A stretch of DNA of 64,000 nucleotides from Squalus acanthias (taxonomy: Eukaryota): positions 170,874,001 to 170,938,000 of the forward strand of contig CM059425.1 of NCBI GenBank assembly GCA_030390025.1, given 5' to 3'. Below are positions 1 through 9,990 of this stretch, in pieces (position 1 is the first letter of the stretch; each line of letters begins with the position of its first letter). A program made the translations under genes and the position numbers. Under the pieces are notes generated by a model that did not search any database, had not been told where the DNA came from, and saw only the letters and a program-made list of their open reading frames with translations.

Positions 1-520
1 TTTAGGTTTTGGGGGTTATGCTAACCCCTTTTGAGGTTAGGTTTTGGCATAAAGAGTTGGGGTTTGGGGCATGTTCCAGGTCAGAGGAAGGGTAAGGATG
101 AATTTAATGGTTTGGGCCTAGCGGTCAGGGTTTCGGAGTTTAGGGCTTAAAGTCAGCCACTGTGTTAGGGCTCAGGATTCAGCCTTAAAGTTCAAGCTTA
201 GGAGTAGGATTTTAGGGTTTCAGGGTTCGGGTTTAGGGTTTGACTTTAGATAGTTAGGATCAGCCTCTGTGCTAGCACTTGGGTAGGACTTGGTAGTTAT
301 GCCTTAGGGTCAGCACCTGTATTAAAGCTTAGAGTTCAGCCTTTGGGTTTAGCCTTAGGGTTCAGCCCCATGTTACACCTTTGAGTTAGGGCTTACGGTT
401 AGCCTCTGAAGGGTAGGGGTAGCTTTAGTTGGGCTTTATGGTTAGGGCATTGGAGCTGATGTTACTGTCCAGGTCCTTAAAAGTATTAGTGCTTGTGTCT
501 GCATTACGGTTAGGGTCAGG
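1..520 (+). repeat. Degenerate telomere-like (TTAGGG)n tract
   Basis: Many TTAGGG/GGGTTA/TCAGGG variants (e.g. ggtttagggtt, ccttagggt, gggtagggt) in a G/T-skewed tract. Confidence 0.7.
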
Positions 521-563
521 GTTGATCAGGCCTTATAGATGCCTTTCTATTTTATGTGCTCAT

Positions 564-1000
564 GAATCATAGAATCATATACAGCACAGAAGGAGGCGAT
601 TCAGCCCATTGTGCCTGTGCCGGCTCTCTGCAAGAGCTATCCAATTAATCCCACTCCCCTGCCCCATCTCCACAGTGCTGCAAACTTTTCCCATTCTAGT
701 ATTTATCCAATTCCCTTTTCAAAGTTATTATTGACTCTGTATCCTTTGGTTACGTGCTGTCCTGCCAGTAGAAACAGTTTCTCCTTATTTACTCTATTAA
801 AACACTGATTTTGAACGCCTCTATTACATCTCCCCCTAATCTTCTATGCTCTAAGGAGAACAATCCCAGTTTCTCTAGCCTCTGCACATAACTGGTCCCT
901 CATCCCTGATATCATTCCAGTAAATCTCCTCTGCACCCTCTCCAAGGCTTGACATCCTTCCTAAAGTGTGGTGCCCAGAACTGGACACAATACTCCAGCA
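564..1000 (-). mobile_element. CR1 LINE 3' fragment
   Basis: Starts with atcatagaatcata (reverse complement of the CR1 tail); similar to 61981-62530 with internal deletions. Confidence 0.8.
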
Positions 1001-1434
1001 GTTACAGAAATAGAGAGGGATAAAGCCATGAAGGAACATGAGGAGGAGAATTTTAAATTTGAGGTGTTGTGGGGACCAATAGCCAAAGTAGCTCAGTCAG
1101 GACAGGGGTCATGAGTGAGCGAGCTTGGTGTGGGCAGCAAAATGTTCGATGAACTGAAGTTGTGGAGGGTGGAGGATGGGAGGCAAACCGGGAGAGCATT
1201 GGATTAGTCATGTTTGGAGGTGGCAAAGGCATATATGAGGCTTTCAGCAGCAGCTGGGCTGAGGCAGGGACAGAGGTGAAATTAGGCCGTGTTTGTGACT
1301 GAGTAGATATGGGTCAGAAGTTCATCTCCGAGTCAAATAGCACCTTAAGATTGCGAACAGTCTGGTTCAGCCTGAGACAATGGGATGGAATCAGTGGTGA
1401 GGGTACAGAGTTTGTAGTGGGGGCTGAAGACACA
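1001..1434 (-). mobile_element. L2-type LINE, 3' part (continues at 14212)
   Basis: Minus strand reads LSPAAAESLIYAFATSKHD*SNAL, a decayed L2 HAFVTSRLDYSNAL motif. Homologous to 60390-60860. Confidence 0.7.
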
Positions 1435-2071
1435 GGGGGCAAAATTGGGCTCGGCAGTGCCCGTTTTTTGGATGCTACAAGACTCCTTAGGGTTCCAAAA
1501 TGGTGTGCACGGCATATGCATGCACGTTTGACACGAAGCGCCAGATGCCATATTGGTAAAGGCGTTAGCATGCGCGCACTTAACATCCACCGGATGTGTA
1601 CAGAGCAGGCTGATCATGATGTCAATCAGCGTGCCACGTTGATTTGAAGCCAGCGCTGCCATTTTGGAGCTCCAGCCAATGTCCTCTTTAACCTCGCACA
1701 GCTGAACACGCGTTACGCCGCACAAAGGACCCCCATCAGCACTATTTAAAGGGATCATCAGCTACTTACAGGTTAGTTGCTGGTTTAGTTCTTCTGGCTG
1801 TTGCTGCAATTCTACAAGTTTTGGGTGCTTCCTATATTGGTTAAAGTTTTAGTAGTCTACAGGGAGTGGTCTGGCAGGTGTTGAAGTACTTTTTTGGTAA
1901 CTTAAAGGTTTCTGCACAGATCAGTTGCTGCCAGACATCGGTGGACCAGTAGGCCTTCCTCTTGACATTGAGCATGACTGGGAGAATGAGCAGAGGTCAC
2001 GCAGAGCAGGACAAGCTGCTAGAAGAGGGAGAAGGAGGACGGGGAAAAGTGCTCTCAGCAGGAGCCCATTT

Positions 2072-2528
2072 CTAGTAATCCAGTGGCCTGGACTAATGAT
2101 CCAGAGATAACAACAGAAAACGCTGGAAAAACTCAGCAGGCCAGGCAGCATCCGTGGAGAGAGAAACAGAGTTAACGTTTCAGGTCGAAGACCTTTCGTC
2201 AGAACTGGAAAAAAGCAGGAAATGAAATAGATTTTAAAGCAAGTTTAGGGCTGGGAAAAGGGGGAGGGGATGAAAGAACAAAAGGGAAGGTCAGTGGTGG
2301 GATAGAAAGCAGGAGAGATTAAGAGACATTAAGAGATATTCAAGGCAAGAGGAGGTGGAAATGGGACAGGTTAAGGAACAAAGGAATACTCTAGATGATG
2401 TGTGAATTGCGCTGGCAGAATGAAGGACAGCTGCCATGTGGGAGGGAAGAAAAAAAGGCCAAATGGCAGCTGGGGAATTTAAATTCATTTAATTAAATAA
2501 ATCTGGAATAATAATCTAGTATCATTAA
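2072..2528 (+). mobile_element. SINE fragment split by a Penelope pLTR
   Basis: ctagtaatccagtggcctggactaatgatccagaga ... atggcagctggggaatttaaattcatttaattaaataaatctggaat resembles a common shark SINE (recognised from memory). Confidence 0.5.
2107..2462 (-). mobile_element. Penelope-like pLTR with hammerhead ribozyme (HHR 2170-2206)
   Basis: Highly similar to 47573-47915. Minus strand reads agtt-CTGACGA-a-aggtc-ttc-gacct-GAAA-cg-TT-aact. Confidence 0.8.
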
Positions 2529-2828
2529 GGGAAAGGGAAATCGTGTTTGACAAATCTGATAGAGTTTTTTGAAGATGAATAAGGGAGAACCAGTAGATGT
2601 AGTGTATTTGGATTTTCAAAAAGCATTCGATAAAGTGCCACACAAGAGGTTATTACACAAAATTAAGACTCATGAGATTGGGGGTAATATATCAGCATGG
2701 ATTGAAGGTGGGTTAATGGTCAGAAAACAGAGAGTAGGAATAAACAGGACTTTTTCGGGTTGGCAGGCTGTAACTAGCGGGGTACCGCAAGGATCAGTGC
2801 TTGGGCCTCAGCTATTTACAATCTATAT
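2529..2828 (+). mobile_element. CR1 RT fragment
   Basis: VDVVYLDFQKAFDKVPH...SGVPQGSVLGPQLFTIYI, truncated by the Gypsy LTR. Confidence 0.85.
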
Positions 2829-2964
2829 TGTAATGTATTATCACATGGTTTGTCACATGGTTTAGTATGAGTATGCTCAGTTCGCTCTGGCCTAGTAAAC
2901 AAGCACATGGACTAGCAACTCATCGTGTCTCTGTCCTTCATTTGTTCTACCCACATATATTACA
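2829..2964 (+). mobile_element. Gypsy 5' LTR (~136 bp)
   Basis: TGTAATGTAT...ATATATTACA inverted ends, followed by a decayed PBS-like ttttagcaatgag and gag-pol. Confidence 0.7.
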
Positions 2965-3262
2965 TTTTAGCAATGAGAGTGGGATCCCAAAGCCATTTTT
3001 AGGGATCATGGAAGGACACAGTGTTCAACCTGCGAGTGGAAAAGTTTAAGGTGAATTTGTGGCACCTAAACTGAATTTTTACGATGTTTTACTGTTAATG
3101 CTCATGCAGAATTGTCTGTGCTTTGCCTTCGTGTGTGAGAATCAACGCTGCTGATTCTCACAGGTACACAGGTAGCGTGCTGAGTCACTGTTCGACGGGA
3201 TTGGAACAATCATAGCCGTGCCTACGGGATTCATCGGAAGCCTCGACATCTATGACCAAGAT

Positions 3263-4107
3263 GCGGAGATGCCGGTGTTGGACTGGGGTGGACAAAAATG
3301 AGAAGTCGCACAACACCAGGTTATAGTTCAACAGTTTTATTTAAAATTACGAGCTTTCGGAGCTGCTGCTGCCCCTTCGTCAGGTAAAGGTACAGTGAGG
3401 GAATCTATTACACAGTATATATACACAGAGAGCAATTTGTCTGCAGAGATACAATCTTTTAGGGAGGCATTACATCAAAGACACATCAGAGTACAGCTAA
3501 GACAATGAGGTGGGTCACAGGGGGTCCAACGTGTCAAATGCTGCCGTCTGCAGTTGAGCTTTTAACTTTTTTTTGTGGTTTTTTTTTGGTTGTTTTTTTT
3601 AAAAACTGGAAAGACAGACAACGATGTCGAGTCACGTTCTGTAGCGTGACATGAACCCGAGATCCCTATTGAGGCCGTCCTCATGGGTGCGGAACTTGGC
3701 TATCAGTTTCTGCTCGATGATTTTGCGTTGTCGTGTGTCTCGAAGGCCGCCTTGGAGAACGCTAACTCGCAGATCCGAGGCTGAATGTCCTTGACTGCTG
3801 AAGTGTTCCCCGACTGGGAGGTAACAATCCTGCCTGGCGATTGTTGCGCGGTGCTCAACTGCAGACGGCAGCATTTGACACGTTGGACCCCTGTGACCCA
3901 CCTCATTGTCTTAGCTGTACTCTGATGTGTCTTTGATGTAATGCCTCCCTAACAGATTGTATCTCTGCAGACAAATTGCTCTCTGTGTATATATACTGTG
4001 TAATAGATTCCCTCACTGTACCTTTACCTGACGAAGGGGCAGCAGCTCCGAAAGCTCGTAATTTTAAATAAAACTGTTGGACTATAACCTGGTGTTGTGC
4101 GACTTCT
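3263..4107 (-). mobile_element. 5'-truncated Penelope-like element with inverted pLTRs, inserted in Gypsy gag
   Basis: GIY-YIG C-terminus (PVGEHFSSQGHS...EQKLIAKFRTHEDGLNRD, 3632-3850). Inverted arms 3298-3559 and 3853-4110. Flanking duplication catctatgaccaagat at 3247-3262 and 4108-4123. Confidence 0.9.
4024..4061 (+). ncRNA. Minimal type I hammerhead ribozyme in pLTR (mirror copy on minus strand ~3345-3387)
   Basis: ttac-CTGACGA-a-ggggc-agca-gctcc-GAAA-gc-TC-gtaa: stem I ttac/gtaa, stem II ggggc/gctcc, palindromic AGCT at stem III. Confidence 0.7.
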
Positions 4108-7100
4108 CATCTATGACCAAGATCGCGAACCATTCAGTTCTTACATTGAGAAGATGGAGATGTTTTTTAGGGCCAATAACATTATTGAGACTGAAGATGC
4201 AGATGAGAATGTTCAAGTTCAAAATAAAGTAATTCGCAAACGGAAGAAAGCAATTTTTCTAACGGAGATCAGGCCAGATGTCTATGGAACATTGACAAAC
4301 CTACTTGCGCCAGGGAAAGCAAAGGATGCGTCGTTTGAAGACATTGTCGAGAAACTTGAGGATCATTTCGACCCAAAGCCATTAGAAATAGCAGAGAGCT
4401 ATAATTTTGGTACCAGAAACCAAAAACAAAGTGGAACCATCAGTGAGTACATTGTAGCTCTTAAGGACCTGTCTTTGCATTGTAACTTCGGCACATTTTT
4501 GGATCGTGCATTGTGAGATAAGTTTGTGTGTGGCCTGGTGGATGAGCGCAAACAGGCCAAGTTACTGAACACTCTGAGAATGCTAGGGAGCACCGTCCAA
4601 CTCAAGTGACTAGTGCAGTTGAGGTCTACAGTCACAAAGCCACCACCGAACATAAAGCTGTGAGACCAAGTCAAAAGCATGTCGGTGATAGCAGTTCAGA
4701 GAATTGTTGTCGCTGCAATGGAAATCATTCACCACAGTCCTGCCATTACAGAAATGCGAAGTGTTTCCACTGCCAGAGCAAGGTCATATTTCAACAGCTT
4801 GCAGAGCTAGATTGAAAGCAGGAAGTAAGAACCATTCTAGTGGCAATGCAAAGCAGTGACAATAAAAGGGAGGAGTTCACAATATTGAAGCGAACACACC
4901 TGATGTTGAAAAACTAGGCATCTACAGTATCCATGCAACTAGCAGCAACGCCAGCAGTCGTGAGAAAGACTCCGTACAAAACTTTTGGTCAACAAGCAAT
5001 ATATTGATACATGTATCGACACGGCGGCAGACTGCTCTATCATGAGTAAGGACACATATGAGGGTAAGTTTAATCAAATACCATTTACAAAGAGTACCAT
5101 AGAGTTAAAACCCTACTCCGGAGAAATCCTAGAGACATGTGGACAAATGGAATGTACAGTTCAACACAATGGCCAGTCAGTCAGTAAAGCTGCCTATTAT
5201 TGTAGCGAGCTACAACAACAGGCCAACCCTCATGGACAAAGACTGGTTGAGACAGTTAAAACTAGACTGGAAAAACATCTTCAGTGCAGATGCTTCAAAG
5301 AAGCGACTCGACACAAGTACGAAAGCATATTCACAGATAGTTATGAGGGCATCACTGGGTATGACGCATATATCCGCATCAAGTTCAATGCGAAGCCTGT
5401 CTATTGTAAGGCAAGGCCGGTCCCCTATGCGTTGAAAAGTCAGGTGGAGGAAGAGCTAGCGAAGCTGAGAGTGAATGGAGTGCTAGTAAAAACTGACAAA
5501 AGTGAATGGGCTACTCAGATTGTGGTAGTGCCCAAAGCAGACAAAACTGTATGCTTGTGCGGTGACTACAAAGTTACTATCAACCAAGCAGTTGACGATG
5601 AGCAGTGCCGACATCGCAAGATTTGTATGCAGCACTCTCTGGGTCAAAGGTTTTCTCCAAGCTTGACCTGTTGCACGCTTATGCTCAGCTGAATGCTGAC
5701 AAAGAGAGTCAACAGTATCTAACCATCAACACACACAAGGGACTACACTCATACACCAAGCTGCCGTATGGTGTAAAGTCCTCCCCCAAAATCTTCCAGG
5801 CTATGATGGATAAGATTTTGCAAGGAGTTCCAAATTGCTTATGCAATCAAGTCGATGTGCTGATCGCAACAAGCAGTGAGGAAGAAAATCTAGAAGTGTT
5901 AGATATAGTGCTTCAAAGGTGGAATGCCCACAATGTCAAATTGAAAAGGAGCAAATGTGCTTTTGTGCAGCCCAAGGTTATGTACCTTGGTCTGAAAGTT
6001 GATACAAATGGCTTGCAACCAGTTAAGGAAAAGGTTGATGCTGTCATCAATGCTCCAAAGCCACAGAATGTGTCTGAGTTAAGATCTTTCCTTGGAACGG
6101 TCCAGTACTACGTATGTTTCTTACCTGAGTTAGCGACCATGTTCGCTCCATTGCACGAGGTCTTCAAGAAGGATGTCCAGTGGAAGTGGACGTAAGCGCA
6201 GCAGGAAGCTTACGACGTTTGTAAGAGAAGTCTCTCTAGCGATGCTCTACTTGTGCATAATGACACAGAGCATGAGCTTAAGTTAGTATGTGCTGCTTTT
6301 ACTTACGGTGTGGGAGCTGTGGTAAGCCACGTAATGGATCATGGCCTAGAGAAACCAATCGCGTTTGCATCGCGAATCCTCACAAAGAGCAAAGGAAACT
6401 ACATGCAAATTGAAAAAGAAGCACTCGCCACAGTGTTTGAATCAAGAAATTCCAACGGTTCCTGATTGGGAGAAAAGTTACCCTGATAACCAATCACAAA
6501 CTGCTCCTAGCAATATTGGGGCCCAAATCTGCCATCCGTGCAATGGCCCGCATCACGATTGCAACGTTGAGCAGTGTTGTTGTCACAATATGACTACACG
6601 ATTGAACATCGCACATCAAAGCAAAACACAATCGCAGATGCCTTGTCCAGGTTGCCACATGAGGACTCATGTGTTGGGAGTGAAGGTGCTATTTTCACGC
6701 TAGGTGCAGTTGACAAAGACTTTCCCCTGAATACAACTGAGATCGATGATCCATCTCGGCCTCCTCCTGAGGTCCCCACCATCACGGAAGCCTGTCTTCA
6801 GCCAATTCGATTTACTCCACGTGATATCAAGAAACGGCTGAGCACACTGGATACAGCAAAGGCTGTGAGCCCCGACGACATCCCGGCTGTCATGCTGAAG
6901 ACTTGTGCTCCAGAACTAGCTGCACCTTTGACCAAGCTGTTCCAGTACAGCTACAACACTGGCATCTACCCGACAATGTGGAAAATTGCCCAGATATGTC
7001 CTGTCCCCAAAAAGCAGGATAAATCCCATCCGGCCAATTACCGCCCCATCAGCCTACTCTCAATCATCAGCAAAGTAATGGAAGGTGCCGTCTACAGTGC

Positions 7101-8979
7101 TATTAAGCAGCACTTACTCACCCTGCTAACCAATGCTCAGTTTGGATTTCGCCAGGACCACTCGGCTCCAGACATTACAGAATTAGTCCAAACATGGACA
7201 AAAGAGTTGAATTCCAGATGTGAGGTGAAAGTGACTGCCCTTGACATCAAGGCAGCATTTGACCAAGTGTGGCATCAAAGAGCCCTAGTAAAATTGAAAT
7301 CAAGGGAATCAAGGGGAAAACTCTCCACTGGCTGGAGTCATACTTAGCACAAAAGAAGATGGTTGTGGTTGTTGGAGACTAATCATCTCAGCCCCAGCAC
7401 ATTGCTGCAGGAGTTCCTCAGGACAGTGTCCTAGACCCAACCAATTTCAGCTGCTTCATCAATGACCTTCCCTCCATCATAAGGTCAGAAATGGGGATGT
7501 TCGCTGATGATTGCACAGTGTTCAGTTCCATTCGCAACTTCTCAGATAATGAAGCAGTCTATGCCCACATGCAGCAAGACCTGGACAACATTCAGGCTTG
7601 GGCTGATAAGTGGCAAATAACATTAATGCCACACAAGTGCCAGGCAATGACCATCTCCAACAAGAGAGACTCTAACCACCGCCCCTTGACATTCAACGGC
7701 ATTACCATCGCCGAATCACCCACCATCAACATCCTGAGGGGTCACCATTGACCAGAAACTTAACTGGACCAGCCACATAAATACTGTGGCTACAAGAGCA
7801 GATCAGAGGCTGGGTATTCTGCGGCAAGTGTCTCACCTCCTGACTCCCCAAAGCCTTTCCACCATCTACAAAGCACAAGTCAGGAGTGTGATGGAATACC
7901 CTCCACTTGCCTGGATGAGTGCAGCTCCAACAACACTCAAGAAGCTCAACACCATCCAGGACAAAACATTCTGCGTGACTGGCACTCCATCCACCACCTT
8001 CAACATTCACTCCCTCCATCATCTACATGATGCAGTGCAGCAACTCACCAAGGCTTCTTCGACAGCACCTCCCAAACCCATGACCTCTACCGCCCAGAAC
8101 AGTGGTGGGTAAAATACGGTCCATGGGCTGTATCTGGCCCGCCAGTTCATTCTATCTGGCCCGCTGGAGCTCGAGCTGCACAGTCGTCTGAGTCTTGCAA
8201 GGGGGGGACCCGAGGAGAGCTCGCTGGGAGTAGGCTGTGACCCTGAACCGGGGCAATTAAAAATAAAGTTGCTGGGTCTGCTGCTATACGTCTGCTGCAG
8301 ATCTGCTTCCCTTTTGTGTCTCGGAGCCGGCCTAACGGCTCTCTGTGGCTCTCTCCCACTCTGGCTCCGTGAACCACTTTTCAATAGCCCACCAAATCCG
8401 CTGCTCATTGTTGGCTGGTGGTGTGCGCACTGGACACTCCTCCTCCATAGAGTCATGGCTGCTCATCTCGACGACTCTTAGTTTTACCGAAGCAAGAGAC
8501 CGGTGCTGTGTTTCTCCTCTCCAAAACAGATAAGGATTTATTATATGTAGATACAATCCTCTTGACAAATTAATCCAATGAAATAGTAAACTGCAAAAAA
8601 TTCTGTTACACAAGTTGCACATAAAAACATTGCATCATATCTGCACCAATCACCCAGTCTTTAAACGCTGCAAATGGAAGGCAATAATTGTCAAATGTGA
8701 GTATCAGTTCTTTTTCAAATATCAATAAAATTACATTTTATGGTTAGTTTGCGTTTTATATATTCTAATGTAAAACTACAAATGAGACACACTCAGAATC
8801 ACTAGGACATTCAGCCTGCCACTCTGATTACTATCACATATAATGCTAGTTCTACTATTGCAGGAGATTTTTAAATATATCATTGTAGGAATACATTTTC
8901 AAACAATATTATTTTCCAATATTACTAATTACATATACAATACTATATAGAAAACAAAAAGAAAGGTTTGCTCCACTCC

Positions 8980-9060
8980 CGGTACCCAGAGTACGATGGC
9001 AGGGGAGTTCGCATCGCCATCTTAGACACGGGAGTGGATCCCAAAGCACAAGGACTCCAA
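8980..9060 (+). pseudogene. TPP2: Captured fragment of a tripeptidyl-peptidase II-like gene (subtilase catalytic Asp region)
   Basis: Translates [27 protein letters not shown]; vertebrate TPP2 N-terminus recalled as [27 protein letters not shown]. No other TPP2 exons seen in the window. Confidence 0.85.
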
Positions 9061-9308
9061 GCAATGCCACGCGATTGTAGTTCAGACCTTGTGAAGCCTC
9101 CTCCTCCCATATTCAGCACACTAAAAAGAGAACACTGCTCATGTCAGAGGCCTCGCAGACTCGAGCCACGTAGACTTTCAGTACAACATGTAATCAATCG
9201 ATCAATCATTTCATTCATTTAATAACGGAAGATTTTACTATGTTACACTACATTTTGTGTATTTAACATGGTATCTGACTACTATCTGAATTTATGTTTA
9301 TGTTTATG

Positions 9309-9457
9309 CAATGTTCCCTCTAATTTTTTTTTCGTGCGCGGTCCCTTTAAATTTGCTGCGCGATGTCTCTTCCAGCGGCAGGAGTTGGTGAGCGGCCTGC
9401 GAGGGACCTCGCGATTGGTGCGCGACCATGCGGCCACATACCTTAGGGGGAGCATTG
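9309..9457. mobile_element. 149-bp MITE nested in the hAT element
   Basis: Inverted termini CAATGTTCCCTCTAA and TTAGGGGGAGCATTG; CpG-rich interior; no clear TSD. Confidence 0.6.
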
Positions 9458-9990
9458 GTGTGCGGCCGTCAAAAGCTCATTAAAACTTGTTAAGTGGCCC
9501 ACCAGCCCGAATAATTGTCCACCCCTGGCCTAGAAGGACAAGGGCAGCAGGCGCTTGGGAACACCACCACCTCCAAGTTCCCCTCCAAGTCACACACCAT
9601 CCTGACTTGGAAATATATCACCGTTCCTTCATCGTCGCTGGGTCAAAATCCTGGAACTCCCTCCCTAACAGCGCTGTGGGAATACCTTCATCACACAGAC
9701 TGCAGCGGTTCAAGAAGGCGTCTCACCCCCACCTTCTCAAGAGCAATTAGGATCGGGACAACAAATGCTGGCCTTGTCAGCGATGCCCACATCCCGTGAA
9801 TGAATTTAAAAAACGCAGCACGAAAAACCTCCACTAGCACTATTTAAAGGGATCATTTACTACATGCAGGGTAGTTGCTGGTTTATTTCTTCTGGTTGTT
9901 GCTGCAATTCTACAAGCTTTGGTTTCTTCCTATATTGGTTAAAGTTTCAGTAATCTACAGGGAGTGGTCTGGTAGGTGCTGAAGTACTTT

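Larger units (their letters stand above)
2965..6744 (+). mobile_element. Ty3/Gypsy LTR retrotransposon internal region (degenerate gag, protease, RT, RNase H); integrase and 3' LTR absent
   Basis: Gag with zinc-knuckle-like CCRCNGNHSPQSC. Protease IDTAADCSIM. RT VVVPKADKTVCLCGDYKVTIN, FSKLDL, LPYGVKSSPKIFQ. RNase H EKPIAFASRIL, ADALSRLP. Multiple frameshifts. Confidence 0.9.
8100..9527. mobile_element. Non-autonomous hAT (Charlie-like) DNA transposon, 1428 bp
   Basis: TIRs CAGTGGTGGGTAAAAT and ATAATTGTCCACCCCTG. 8-bp TSD gcccagaa (8092-8099) / gcctagaa (9528-9535). The empty site ctctaccgcctagaaggaca is seen at 57621-57640. Subterminal GGCCC motifs. Confidence 0.9.
6745..9813 (+). mobile_element. 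CR1/L2-group LINE (family B), 5'-truncated, split by the hAT element
   Basis: RT motifs NYRPISLLSIISKVME, ALDIKAAFDQVWH, MFADDC. Tail gaatgaatttaaaaaa. Paralog at 55800-57912. Confidence 0.9.

Noticed and set aside
6574..7347. 257-aa ORF fusing the Gypsy RNase H end to a LINE RT
   Set aside because: Chance in-frame junction between two decayed elements; both parts are truncated.
8968..9222. Functional TPP2 gene exon
   Set aside because: Lies within a TIR/TSD-bounded element inside a LINE; no ATG-bearing N-terminus or downstream TPP2 exons found in the window.
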